A DNA stretch of 64,000 nt from the NCBI RefSeq assembly GCF_001194135.2, contig NC_068981.1:106661628-106725627 (forward strand), written 5' to 3'. Of the stretch, positions 40,602-53,644 are shown one piece after another. The DNA comes from Octopus bimaculoides. Its lineage: Eukaryota. Made by a program: the position numbers and the translations under genes. Each line of letters starts with the position of its first letter. The stretch's first letter is position 1. A model generated the notes under the pieces. It was given only the letters and a program-made list of their open reading frames with translations, was not told the origin of the DNA and made no database searches.

Positions 40602-41674
40602 TTTCTTTGCAATGTGCTGTAATTTTAATAGCTTATAACTATGAATTAATTTTCAGTACTTTTTTCTTTTAGTTGAATATTATGTCACCAACAAAAATTA
40701 CTACAAAGAAATTTGTTCTAGATGTTGGTGTTTTATTTTCATTTATTTTATTTTATTCATCATTGAATGTGAACAGCTTCCACCTCACCATTATATTTAG
40801 GTATTTTGCTCACATCTTTTCACGGTTGTTTTGAAGTTTGAAATAATCATCTTTCTAATCATGTTCTGACCATTATGAATTTGATATTGATAATTAAAAC
40901 ATTATTTCCGCTTCATTATCTTCAACCAACTACATTAGATTTCAGATCTTTAGTTATTGTATTTAGTGTGTATTTTTAGTTATTGTATTTAGTGTGTATT
41001 GTTTGTTCCCTATCTTTAGCAGCCAGCTGTTTTCTCTAATTAGAATTCATTTATTTATTATGACACAATAGAGCTTTTATACTTATTCAATAATTCGGTT
41101 TTAGTTAATATCATTAAATTTTTTTCGATAATTTTCTTGCAAAAATTTTCCTTTTGAAATTTTAACTTTTTGAGAAATTAACTTTTTTTTATTAATAAAT
41201 TACTATCAGTTCATACTTTTAATTGCACCACCTTTCTTTTTCTTTATCTTTCACTATCATTAAATTGGTTATTTCCTGTAGGAAGTAGAGACATATTTAT
41301 GTTTTTCCAACAGTGAGAATAATAATTTAAAAAACAATTATGCAAATTCAATGCAAATCTAATCTAATTGGGTAATCTGAATTTTGTTTTATTTCATTCT
41401 TGAAAATCGCTTTTTGTCACAGTTCATGTTTTTCTCTGTGTTATAAATGGCAAAGTTTTTCTTTTATACTTGAAATTCTAAAATTGGATTTTGAGCTTGC
41501 CTGGAATACTTAAGTTACAAATCACAATGGTACAATTGTCAGAAGTATTGTTTTGATCCCTGTCTGGTGATTGTAATCGGTGATGAGCATGTGTCTTAAA
41601 GATTTCATTTCTGCTGCACTATCAGTAGATGACATGTACAAATGGTAGTTTTATTTTTTATTTTACATATAAAT

Positions 41675-41720
<46 letters not shown>

Positions 41721-44518
41721 AACACACACACACACACACACGATATATGTTATTTTATACACATTTCTTCAAGTGCTTCAGACTTAAAGGTCTTAAAAAC
41801 AGAAGTGTTAACAACACCAACACTTTGCTTTCTTGGTTGCAAATGTTTTTAATTTCCAGCTGTTTTAGCTCATCCAGACTTAAACTAAATTCTCCATTCA
41901 TGTTATTATATATCTTGTGAATCATAATAATCTCATTTCTTTTCAGTATTTATAGTTACTTTATTTTGCTACACAAATTTAGCCTATTCACTTGATATGA
42001 AATTAAAGCTTGTTCAATTATTTCTATCATGTGAAATGATGCATCTCTATACACAGTTGATGGATAATTTTTCTTGAATTTACAACTTTTAGCCTTTAAC
42101 TATGCCAAATGCACTTCTATTAATCTGTTTTGTTGTTATGCTCTCTACTTAGGAATATCCTATGGTGTATTTACACTCTATTTTACTCTCCAAAACACTT
42201 GTCTCTTTTCATTAAAATGATTCAATTTTGGAACACAAATTGTAAAGGTTTCTCTTCTCAGCATGAATTGTTTTTCTCCTTTGTTTAGTAATGGTTTCAT
42301 CAGAAAAAAATGTCTGTTCAGGGCCTTTAAAGACCTTGATTTGTGACATTGGTATGGTTGATGTTCTGCTTGCATATCTTCAGGAAAAATCGTGGATAGC
42401 AAGGGGATTCCAGATAGCTGATATTCTGTGAAAGGTGGATTGGATATAATATTTAGTGTTTTTTCTGTTTTCAAATAGCTTGGAGTCCTCATATACATAA
42501 TGCAAAATTGGTGTCTGGTTAGGTTAGAGCAATCTAAAATCTTACTCACTTAATGATTTTGCTCATTACTGGATCAGAGCATTGACACTAAGAATATTTA
42601 AGATCATACATTGATATGTTAAGTGATGATGATGTGAAAATATTTTATGTAGGCATGATATACTAATTGTAATTTGAATTTACTGGTAAGTAACATTTGT
42701 ATAATGGATGTAATGTTATTATGGCCAGTGATTTTATTGGTTTAAAATGTTTTAGATGCAGCATGTATGTACGTGGCAGGGAAGCTAATGAAATGTTGAA
42801 GGAAACATTTTGGAGAGGTTTTGTCAAGTGTGTGATCTTTAGAGTTAAATGGGCTGCAAATGTGAAAAACTTTTTGTCTTGGCATCTTGCTCAGGGAACC
42901 ATCTTGGTAGTGCTTTTATTAGCAAGGCAGAGAGATGGGGTAACTTGTAGGTTGTGTTGGGGTTAACAAAGGCATCTTATTTTTAGAATGTAGTTTTGCA
43001 GGAGGTACAGTGGTTTGTAAAACAACCACTAACTTTGTAGAAGTGTAGATCTTGTTCTTCATTAATAACCAGTAAATCTTCAAAGTCCATATTGACCACA
43101 ACAAATGTGTTAAATAAACATGATTACAAGAAAACTTACTTCTCAAATACAATTTTACAGAAAAATCAAAACATGCTCATTTGAATTTTCTGCTAATCTA
43201 CAGCAATGCATTGTGCTAGCAAATCATTGGCTCTTGCCACTTTCTCATCTTTAACCTCAACATCTCTCCCAGCCAATCATTGTCAAGACTTGGGTGGTGG
43301 TAGATTGCAGGTTAACTGAAGGAACTTGACTTCTTTTAAGCTAACCAGTTTAAACTTTAACTTTCTCGCTTGTTTGTTCCCTTATTTGTTTCTTAAATAT
43401 ATAAACTAGAGGAGAGTTACACAGAAAAATCTGACTGTCATTCTTTATGATTATATATATGTTTTCATATGTGTATGTATGTAGAAGTAAAGGTTTGTGT
43501 GTGTGCTTATGAATGTACAGTCTTGTGTGCAGATATAGATACATATGTTTATATTTACTTGTATAGAATGTGTATATAGATGCTTGTTGATGTAGTGTGT
43601 GTAATTCTAATATGAATGTGCAAGTATGTGGTTAAACCCTCTCTTGACAATTTTATATCTCTTTGTTCCATAGCTGTATAGATATTATTGTATTTTTGAA
43701 AGACAACTATATATTGCTTGCTTTGATATCTCAATGAAAGTGAGTCATAGTAAGGTTGTATAAGATGCTATATGGGAATATAATTGTTGTTTAACCCAAG
43801 GTCATTTCAGATCAAGCAAATCTATGATCAAAAGGCATTCTAGCTATGATTTCAATTTTTAAAAAAATAAATTTTAGACATTTATATCAAGGATTTATGT
43901 TATGTAATCTGTACTTTTTATGATTGTAGGTTGTGATTTGAGGGATATTTGACTGCTATTTCTAGCAGGGGTAGCATATAGATGGTCTCAAGTTGGTTCA
44001 TTTGGAAATGTGATGTCCAATATAGCTAAAAAAAAAATCTAATGAGCATTAAAAAAACATTTCCCTTTCAACCACAAATAGCATATATTCTATGAAAACT
44101 ATAAGCATTAACTTCAGGAAACATTCACTCTGTTAACTTGAAACAGAACAACACACTTAGGAACAAGTCAAACTTCTAACAGAACGCAGCATTGTTCTTT
44201 GCACTTAAAGGGATGAGCCTTGCAGAAGCACTTGACACCATCTGTCTCATCAAAAATGCTCAAAAGCTCACTCATGTGCACACACATGCATGCATGTACA
44301 TGCGCGCGCACACACTTTTTTTTTTTCAGAAATGGAAACAAAACAAAGTTCATCTCAATAGCCCAACTTACTTGAATCCTGGAATTGATGACATCTTAGT
44401 AACCTTGTCTTTGTTGTTGAATGTGCAATACATTAAGCATTGAATAGATATAAAAAAAAATTCTGTCTACCTTGAGAAACACATCATTATCACGACAGTC
44501 TTTTGAAATGTTCAACAG

Positions 44519-44692
44519 AGCGTAGGAGTGGCTCTGTGGTAAGTTGCTTGCTTACAAACCACATGGTTCCAGGCTCAGTCCCACTGTGTGGCACCTTGGG
44601 CAAGTGTCTTCTACTATAGCCTCAGGCCGACCAAAGCCTTGTGAGTGGATTTGGTAGACAGAAACTAAAAGAAGCTCGTCGTATATATATAT
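44519..44692 (+). mobile_element. tRNA-derived SINE family A head, running into gap 44693-44969
   Basis: Near-identical to 52043-52210. Confidence 0.9.
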
Positions 44693-46218
44693 NNNNNNNN
44701 NNNNNNNNNNNNNNNNNNNNNNNNNNNNNNNNNNNNNNNNNNNNNNNNNNNNNNNNNNNNNNNNNNNNNNNNNNNNNNNNNNNNNNNNNNNNNNNNNNNN
44801 NNNNNNNNNNNNNNNNNNNNNNNNNNNNNNNNNNNNNNNNNNNNNNNNNNNNNNNNNNNNNNNNNNNNNNNNNNNNNNNNNNNNNNNNNNNNNNNNNNNN
44901 NNNNNNNNNNNNNNNNNNNNNNNNNNNNNNNNNNNNNNNNNNNNNNNNNNNNNNNNNNNNNNNNNNNNNTAGAATCCGGCAAGTAGGAACAAGCTGATGT
45001 TGAAATTACCTTTGAAAACAACTAGTTCTAACAGTTGTTTGTCTAGTTGACCAATAATGGGCCCAGAAACAATAAGGCTGTGGGGTAAATAAAATCTGTA
45101 CTCGTGAAAACCCAGCCTCCTTTCCATCTTTCTTGAAAAACTGGCATGGAATGGAAAATGTCAGCTGTAATGAAAGTTTCAATCTTGAATGAATGAACAA
45201 ACACACACACAGACTATCTTAATTTTTGTTTACCTCTTTTATTATTTATTAAGATTATCTCTGGTTAAATGATGTTCAAAGCTGATGTCATATGGTAGAT
45301 TTCTATTTTATCTTTCTTGTTTTTCCATATTTTTATTATACAAATATCGATTCGTAAGAAACTGCTAAAAGATCTTTGTAAATAAGTTGGAATTTTTTTT
45401 GTTCAATTATTCTTGCTATGTTTTCACTTTTTGTTTAAGAATTCAATAACTATCTAATTAAGAAAAATTCTCTGCAGTCAATATCAAAGCTGAAATACAC
45501 ACCAAAATATTTTTCTGATAATTTTTCTGGCACTAATTTGGAATGAGATTGTTAATAATGTGAGAGGGTTATTATAGCATAAATATTTGTAGGAAATGGG
45601 AGAAAAAAAAAAATCATATTCATGGGATTAAATTTATTTGTATAGCACTACCTTACTAAATGGGTCATCTAATTTTTATGATGCGTGGTGTACTTTTGCT
45701 GTACTGTTAGCATATATTGCATTATGTTAGTGTGAATAAGCCCAAAGGATTTTAAATCTCAACCAGACATGACTGTGTGGTTAAATTTGTTTCCACTATG
45801 TAGCACCTTGGCCAAATCTCTTCTACCATAGCCTTGCATCATCTAATACCATGTGAATGTAATTTATTAGATGAAACTGTATATCAGACTAGCTTGTATA
45901 TATTTGCTGACATATATTGGCAAAAAATGCAAGCATTGGTAAAGAAATTGACGAGCTAGCACTTTTGAGTTAATGTACTCTAGTATTTATTCTGCTTGAG
46001 TTTCCCAGACACTCCCTTAACACTGTTACCATTATAAATCCAGTGAACCAGTGATTGAACTGTTGGAAATCTATAACCAAAGATGCTGTTGTTCAGGAAA
46101 TGTAATATAATAATAAATATGAAATATTTGCAATTATGAAGTACTGACTTATTGAGATTTGCAGTTAGTCAAGTCAGCTTCGTAACTGAAGGGTTAACAG
46201 TTCTTATTTTCTCTCTAG

Positions 46219-46301
46219 TATTGTACTAGCAAAAAACAAATTATATTGGCTCAGGTCACATTGAATGGGAAGAATGGTTATGCCAGACTGAATGACAAAC
46301 A
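46219..46301 (+). CDS. Candidate coding exon (YCTSKKQIILAQVTLNGKNGYARLNDK-Q), phase 0 to 2
   Basis: Strong acceptor ttcttattttctctctag, donor gtatgt, in phase with 38937 and 46374. Confidence 0.6.
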
Positions 46302-46373
46302 GTATGTAATTATGTTCATTTATTTTCTAAATGAAAATCTTGACAGTGTCATCTTTGCTTCTCATTTCTGTAG

Positions 46374-46490
46374 GATCAATAAAATAAGTATAATTGAGGA
46401 TGAGGGTCAACTTGATTCGTTGTACCACTCTTCTTACACAATTGTGGTGTCTGTAGGTGACACTGGGATTAGTGAGGGAGATGAGGACAG
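46374..46490 (+). CDS. Candidate coding exon (INKISIIEDEGQLDSLYHSSYTIVVSVGDTGISEGDED-R), starts phase 2
   Basis: Strong acceptor ctttgcttctcatttctgtag after a 72-nt intron. Donor at 46491 (gtgata), or alternatively at 46457 (gtgaca). Confidence 0.6.
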
Positions 46491-46541
46491 GTGATAGTGA
46501 CCTTTTTACCATAAGGTCAACTGTTGTAACAAGACATAATA

Positions 46542-47520
46542 CGAGGTCTGATCAATAAGTATCCTGACTGTTGCCATAGTAATGAACTTAAAGCATGCAG
46601 AGTGAAGCCACTTGGCACAGATTGACCTTGAACACTGCTGTACATTCTTTTATATGTTTCAGCCTTGAGGCTGCAGCTATGCTGGGGCACTGCCATTGAA
46701 AAAAAAACAAAAAAAAAACTGAAGGGGACACCCAGTACACTAAGTTTTAATGTTCTAGCTTACTTCTGCTATTTACGGCAGTACTTGGATGGAAGGTGTG
46801 TTGTGTGTGATCATTGCATTGACCATGACAGTGAAAGTTGTCATGGTGATGCCTACTCAGAGGCCCACGCAAACTTGCAGAAAGTGTATGGAGAGGAGTG
46901 TGTGAGCCGCACACAAGTGTACAAGTGGTTCAGATGTTTGCAAGAAGGACAAAAAGATGTCAATATTGATGAACGTTCTGGGAGACGTACAACCAGTAGA
47001 ACTGAGAAAAACATCACAGATGTGTCTGCAGTTCTGAGGGGAAATAGTCAAATCACCTTCCATGAGTTATCAGAGGATGTGCAGATTAATTACGGTTCAG
47101 TTCAGTCCATTATAACTGAAGATTTGGGTATGAGATGTGTGTCTGCCAAGTTTGTGCCAAAACTGCTTTCAGCTGACCAAGAAGACACTCAAGTTTCAGT
47201 TATGCCAAATCTCCTTGATTGTGGGGAGAACAATGAAGACTTTTTGAAATCTTTGCATAGGCCTCTGAGCAGGTATCGCCCAAGCCTTTAGCAAAATTTG
47301 ATGCAAATTCTCTGCTCAACTTTCTTTGTCGTGGTCAATGTGATGATCACACGTTACACACCTTCCTTCCAAGCACTGCTGTAAACAGCAGAAGTGAGCT
47401 AAAACATTAAAACTTAGTGTGCATGCACAGCAGAGTTCAATCTGTGTCAAGCAGCTTTACTCTGTGAGCTTTAGTTTCATTACTATGGTAACAGTCTAGA
47501 TACTTATTGATCAGACCACG
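46542..47520 (+). mobile_element. Non-autonomous mariner element with N-terminal transposase fragment
   Basis: TA flanks (46540-41, 47521-22) and TIR CG(A/T)GGTCTGATCAATAAGTATC. Translation YGEECVSRTQVYKWF...DERSGR...LGMRCVSAKFVPKLL matches mariner HTH and WVPHEL-like motifs. The catalytic domain is absent. Confidence 0.92.
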
Positions 47521-49235
47521 TACAAGACATTACAATTTCCTACTATGTTTTGTGGCCTTCTTTTGAGTAATGTTTATAAGGGAGCAATTCCTTGCATATC
47601 TTTGGTAACCACTGCATTAAACAAAGTATAAGATGTGCACATTTGTTATGAATAAATGAGGTAAACATTCCTGCTGAGCTGAATCTTTGTATCTACTTCA
47701 ATTCTTTGTTAAGATAATTCCATTTTACTTTTGCCATGAATGGCCCTGAGAAAGTCATCAATATCACTGAACTGCATTTTTCTAGGAGTTGACAGTCATC
47801 TCTCAAATCATGAACTAAAATAGAACTAGTATTTTTTAGTTAGGTTGTCTTTTTCTTTGTTGTTCTTATTCTTACATTAGAAAGGTAAGTCAGACGAGTA
47901 AGCTTCATATGGTTACTATTAAGTTTAGAAATGATTTACTGCAAGACCAGATGGAAAAGAAGCAAGTTCTATATGGCAGCAATTCTTAGAAGGAAAAATT
48001 GCATTTGAAACTTGCTGCTGGGTTTTAGAGAGAAAAACAGTATGGATGACAAGAAGGGAGTTGGATGCAGCAGGCTTGGAATTCTGTTATATACTTTAGC
48101 ATAGATTTGAATTGACATCACTTCAGATAGCACTATATTGTAAATGTCATATATGCTAGATGATATTTATTGTGGGTGCCAGTAGTTGAATGATGAATAT
48201 TTACATTTTATAAGCTTCCAATGTGAAAGCATTTAAAGTCTGTAGTTGTTGTTTGCACTTTTTTTTTTGCAGTCAATCTCTACTGTCAGATTATTCAAGT
48301 CAATTAATTAACTTTTCATGATCAGATATATCCATCAATGCTTCTTAGTGTTGATTTCTAAATGAGTCTAAAGGGATCTAACATATCTCTTTACTGCACT
48401 TACAGGAGGAGTTAAATAGCACTGCAAGTTAATAACTAATTTGTCAGTTTTACAGTACTACCTCCAAATATAGCAGCAATTTGTTTTCATATCCTTCAGC
48501 ATATATTTTCAATTAGATGCCCAGAATGATTTAAGAGCTAAGAAGAGCCTTCAGCTTGACTTAGCCATTACTTTAATGTTAAATGATTGAAATTTATTTT
48601 CAAGTGCAGTTGTAATTTAAAGTCTTTGGATCCCTACTATATTTATTTACCTACTATTTTATTTTATTGAAAAGGAAAAGACTCTGATGATATGACTTTT
48701 TTCCTTTTGTCTGCATTATATTTTTTAATCTTCTCTAGAGTGACACACCTCACCACTTTGTGGTTATATATTTCTGGTTATTCTAAAACTATTCTGTTCT
48801 ACCATGAAGATTTATTTACTACATAATCTCAGTATAAATGCAGAATTATTCTGCTTACTATGTACTTGAATACAATTTACTGCCAGATATTGATTATGGA
48901 TATATATTGGCAACTTATTCTTAATATTCCTAAAGATCTGTAGTAAACATTTTTTTATGACTAAAAATGTAATTTTGATATAAGGTTAGTTTGTATAAAA
49001 GATTTTATTGTCATCATTTCATTTTCTGTTGTTCCTCCCCCCCAAACATGTTACACTTGAATGTTTACTTCGTATTATAAATCATTCATATTCTGAATGT
49101 ATATATACATCTTGTGTTTATAATGTGTATGTTCTTTAGTGTGTTCTTCAGTTCCTTCTGAAGTTCCTTTTCAATTCTTGATGTTTGAGGCCTTGCTAGA
49201 GCAATGTCATATATAATCACAAGTCAGTCTCTGTG

Positions 49236-49281
<46 letters not shown>

Positions 49282-49498
49282 NNNNNNNNNNNNNNNNNNN
49301 NNNNNNNNNNNNNNNNNNNNNNNNNNNNNNNNNNNNNNNNNNNNNNNNNNNNNNNNNNNNNNNNNNNNNNNNNNNNNNNNNNNNNNNNNNNNNNNNNNNN
49401 NNNNNNNNNNNNNNNNNNNNNNNNNNNNNNNNNNNNNNNNNNNNNNNNNNNNNNNNNNNNNNNNNNNNNNNNNNNNNNNNNNNNNNNNNNNNNNNNNN
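49282..49498. other. Assembly gap after (CA)n at 49238-49281
   Basis: N run. Confidence 1.
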
Positions 49499-49639
49499 GA
49501 GCCACTAGTTAGCTTGCACCATACTGTCAACCCTTCATCTCAACAATTTTTTCCCTTAAGTAACTCATACCTAATACTGCTTCTCACTCCAACCTCTCCC
49601 CTCACTTCACATCTATATTGAAAGTAAAGCAATATTCAA

Positions 49640-49696
49640 GAAAGAGGGAGAATGTTTTGAAGGAGTGAAATAGAAATAATAACAAACCAGAGGAAA

Positions 49697-49735
<39 letters not shown>

Positions 49736-49942
49736 AGATAGACAGATAGAGGAGTGTAGAATAGTGTAAGGGGAAGGAGATAGAGAGTAAGAAGGTAAAG
49801 GAGTGAAATAGAAAGTGTAAGAAACAGAGGGAAAGAATACCAAGAAAACATGAGAGAGAGGGAGGGAGTGTGTGTGTGTGTACATGTGCACGCGTGTGTG
49901 ACTGTGTGTACATGCACGCGCGCGCGCGTGTGTGTGTGTGTG
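49640..49942. repeat. Purine-rich/(GA)n tract followed by an alternating (GT)/(CG) tract
   Basis: Directly visible; includes CACGCGCGCGCGCGTGTG. Confidence 0.9.
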
Positions 49943-50084
49943 AAGGAATGAATTAGTAGGTGAGAGGGAGTTTTCCTGGCAGATGATATTGTTTGTATCA
50001 AGTTTACTTAGCTACTTAGTAACAGACTTTATTAATGATTAACTAACTATAATGAAATAGCACTCCACACATACATGTATACAG

Positions 50085-50127
<43 letters not shown>

Positions 50128-51649
50128 GTATGTATACAATAAATAAATATGTTTGTAGCAGCAGGCATGCTTGGTAGTGGATGTGAAGGGATTGATAGAA
50201 AACATTGCCAAATTGAAGATAGACTTGATTGATATTTGTAGAACTGGATTGATTGTTGAGGAAGCTAAGTATTGAGATGTGTTTAATCTGTGTTTACAAA
50301 ATAGTAGCAGTTCGGTTGTTTAGACTACTTCAGTTTTATTGATGGTAAATAAGTACTACTATTACTATTACTACTACTACTACACCCACATATATACATA
50401 TACAACTATCTTGTTCCCAACCAACATTCATAAAGTTAGAAACTACATTCAGTGAGTTTGTTTCTATTTTTGAACGAGGCTTGTGTGTACATTATATAAT
50501 TAGTAACATACAAAGTGAATATCGAGTGCTGAAGCTTGTTCTTCTTAGGCCAGTGACAGAAAATCTATGTCTATGTGATCTTTCATTGTGTTAGAAGTAG
50601 CTGTCACATCTCCCTCAAATGATATACTATTTTGGAAAATGAGACATACATTGGATAATGTAATCCTAGATACACAATGCCTGAGAGAAGCAAGGGGTGG
50701 TTCTGTACATTAGCTTAGGCAAATTTCTTTAAAGTGATTGGTTTGAGACTTGTGATACTCTACTCTAGATCATTATTTACAGAAAAGGTATTAAATTAAA
50801 TTATATTTTCAACGCTTTGTTTGTTTCACTTCAAATTATTGTTGTATATATATATATTTTTTTATCTGATGGAAATCATCATAAAAGTGTAACAACAAAA
50901 TATTTGAACGTCATCATAAAAACATATCTTTGCGTGGGAAGCAGAAATTGGTTATCTTTATCAAAACAGTTTCATCTTATTCTTGCTTGTATTACTGTAT
51001 ATATTCAATGTAAATTACATTCATATACATTTTGTAGTAACTTATTGGTTGGGTAGTTGGCTCAGTTCCTGAACCAGGTGTGTTTGTGTCCTTCAGCAAG
51101 ATACTTCATTTTATTGTATTCTGGTTTACTCAGCTCTAAATGGATACCAGCTGGTTGAGGGCACAGCTCTATCTCTCTCTCTCTCCCTCCATCCTGAATG
51201 TTTTTCTGAGTCAAAGATGAGGAGGCTAAGAGGCTGTCTATGTCTGCTCACAATTATACAGATTCCTAAAACGATAAAAAAATGTATGGTATATGTCACT
51301 GTACTTACTCCCAAGTGACAGCTGGTTATACCCTCCTTCCTAGAATTACAGGGCTAACATAGTTCTCTTACATAGTCGTCAGTACCTAGCTTTAATAATA
51401 ATTACTTTTAAAACTAATGGCTTTTTAGATAACTAACAATGTGTTCAAATCAAATATATGAGATTATATATATATAAGATATTGGTATCTAGAAGACCCA
51501 AAGAGTGGCAGGTAATGCTAAGTAAGTGCTATGGACAGATCGTAGTTAAACTCTTGGTTCAATAGTGATACGAGTGAGGAGTTTAATGTGTGTCTTGTAT
51601 TAGCATGCATATATATGGCATTATGTCATGTTGAGAAGATCCATAAAAC

Positions 51650-51880
51650 CAAGCAAAATCACAGTCATGGCAGATACTTGTGTCACGCAAATGGCACCCA
51701 TGCCAGTGGCACGTAAAAGTACCCATTACACTCTAAGTGGTTGGTATTAGAAAGGGCATCAGGCCATAGAAAACCATTCCAAATTAGACTGGAGTCTGGT
51801 GCAGCCTTACAGCTTACCAACCCTGGTCAAACTGTCCAGCCCATGCCAGCATGGACAACAGATGTTAAATAATGATGAAG
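51650..51880 (+). mobile_element. RTE-type 3' terminal module
   Basis: GGCACGTAAAAGTACCCATTACACTC...CCATGCCAGCATGGACAACAGATGTTAAATAATGATG. Confidence 0.75.
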
Positions 51881-52038
51881 ATTGTTTGAGCAAAGTTATT
51901 TGGTTGAAATATATATCTGTTATGTAGGAATTCTATTATATAAACCACTTTTAAATTCAAAAGTTCAAAAGTTTCAAATACTATAAATAAGAAAAACTGT
52001 AAAATATAATTTAAATATTGAAACATATAATTTAAATA

Positions 52039-52203
52039 TAGGCGTAGGAGTGGCTGTGTGGTAAGTAGCTTGCTTACCAACCACATGGTTCCGGGTTCAG
52101 TCCAACTGCGTGGCACCTTGGGCAAGTGTCTTCTACTATAGCCTCGGGCCGACCAAAGCCTTGTGAGTGGATTTGGTAGACGGAAACTGAAAAGAAGCCC
52201 GTC

Positions 52204-52245
<42 letters not shown>

Positions 52246-52450
52246 ATGTGTTTGTGTCTGTCCCACCCAACATCGCTTGACAACCGATGCTGGTGTGTTT
52301 ACGTCCCCGTAACTTAGCAGTTCGGCCAAAGAGATCGATAGAATAAGTACTAGGCTTCCAAAGAATAAGTCCTGGGGTCGATTTGCTCGACTAAAAGGCG
52401 GTGCTCCAGCATGGCCACAGTCAAAAGACTGAAACAAGTAAAAAAGAGTA
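52039..52450 (+). mobile_element. Full-length tRNA-derived SINE family A with internal (TA)n(TG)n
   Basis: tRNA-like head, CCTTGGGCAAGTGTCTTC domain, internal microsatellite and 3' tail. Many partial copies occur in the window. Confidence 0.92.
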
Positions 52451-52871
52451 AACAAAACAGTTATTAAAATTAACACCACTATTGAAATAAATGAAATGGA
52501 AGAAAAATGATTTGTGTAATGAGGATTTTTGCTGACAATTTTCTCAATTCATAGGACAAGTAGTAGGCTAGTATATCTGAGCACAATCTATTGTATGCAT
52601 ACATACATCAGTGTATTATTTGTGTGTTTGTATATATAAAGGCATAGCTCTGTGGATATGGAGTTCATTTTATAACCATGTAGTTTTGAGTTCTGTCTCA
52701 CTACATAAGCACCTTGTCTTCTATAACTTCAGGCTGATCAATGCCTTCTGAGTAGAATTCGGAGATGGAAATTGTATGTGCATTTAATTAGCAAATGGAC
52801 AGTGTTGTTCCAGTGTGGGATAGAATGCCTTACAGTATTTGTTCCAACACTTTGAACTTTGAGTTCAAATT

Positions 52872-53002
52872 NNNNNNNNNNNNNNNNNNNNNNNNNNNNN
52901 NNNNNNNNNNNNNNNNNNNNNNNNNNNNNNNNNNNNNNNNNNNNNNNNNNNNNNNNNNNNNNNNNNNNNNNNNNNNNNNNNNNNNNNNNNNNNNNNNNNN
53001 NN
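52872..53002. other. Assembly gap
   Basis: N run. Confidence 1.
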
Positions 53003-53095
53003 CAAGCTAAACTGTGGCACTTCTGTCAGGAGTTGCAGCCAACAGATAGCATCAGGAATTTGAAAAGCCAGTGGAAATTTAGTTTGCTTGATTCA
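53003..53095 (+). CDS. Candidate coding exon, 5' end in the gap or at 53030 (QAKLWHFCQELQPTDSIRNLKSQWKFSLLDS), ends phase 0
   Basis: 31 open codons with coding-like composition, donor TCA|gtatga. Confidence 0.45.
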
Positions 53096-53457
53096 GTATG
53101 AAGATCAGCTGCCACCACAACCATGTATATATGTGTGTGTGTCTGTGTTAAGGTTTATATTCTGCATCTTCATGTGGAATTGTTGGGACAAAAACAGTGA
53201 TGCGACATTGACATTCTCTATTAATAAATCATTCTGCAGCTCTGCCTTTTTGAAATGAAGGCAAAAAAAAAAAAAAAAAACCCTTTCTTCAAAAATTGAT
53301 AAGAGTTAATGAGAAGACTATAAAATAAACGCTTTTGTAATAAGTATTCATCCAGTCCATGCTAGCGTGGAAATTGGACGTAAAATGAATTGTTGAATGA
53401 AAGGTACGCACACACATTTTACATGAAGCAAATTCTTTCTGCTTCAGTTTTCATTAC

Positions 53458-53644
53458 TTTGATTTAGTCAAGTTTTGCTAATTTCATGTCATGTACCATT
53501 TATGATCCTCTTTTTTTTTTACCTAAATATTTTCAACCTCTGTTGTATTTCTGATCTTTCTGAGGTTGAAAATATTTAGGTAAAAAAAAAAGAGGATCAT
53601 AAATGGTACATGACATGAAATTAGCAAAACTTGACTAAATCAAA
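53458..53644. repeat. Perfect inverted repeat, 83-bp arms, 21-nt spacer
   Basis: 53458-53540 is the exact reverse complement of 53562-53644 (checked base by base). Confidence 0.97.

Noticed and set aside
40949-41000. Two tandem copies of a ~27-bp AT-rich unit
   Set aside because: Ordinary local slippage duplication; not CRISPR-like (no spacers, eukaryotic context).
42178-42549. 123-aa minus-strand ORF and exon-like segments on both strands
   Set aside because: No recognisable motif, conflicting candidates, and phases incompatible with the main chain.
46665-47291. 208-aa ORF as a functional transposase
   Set aside because: Chimeric: SINE insert, partial HTH, then inverted arm. It lacks the DDD catalytic domain.
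47785-47823. Possible terminal exon (GVDSHLSNHELK*) after the 46456 donor
   Set aside because: Plausible, but it would leave the downstream exon candidates at 53.0 and 59.6 kb unexplained. Cannot be decided without transcripts.
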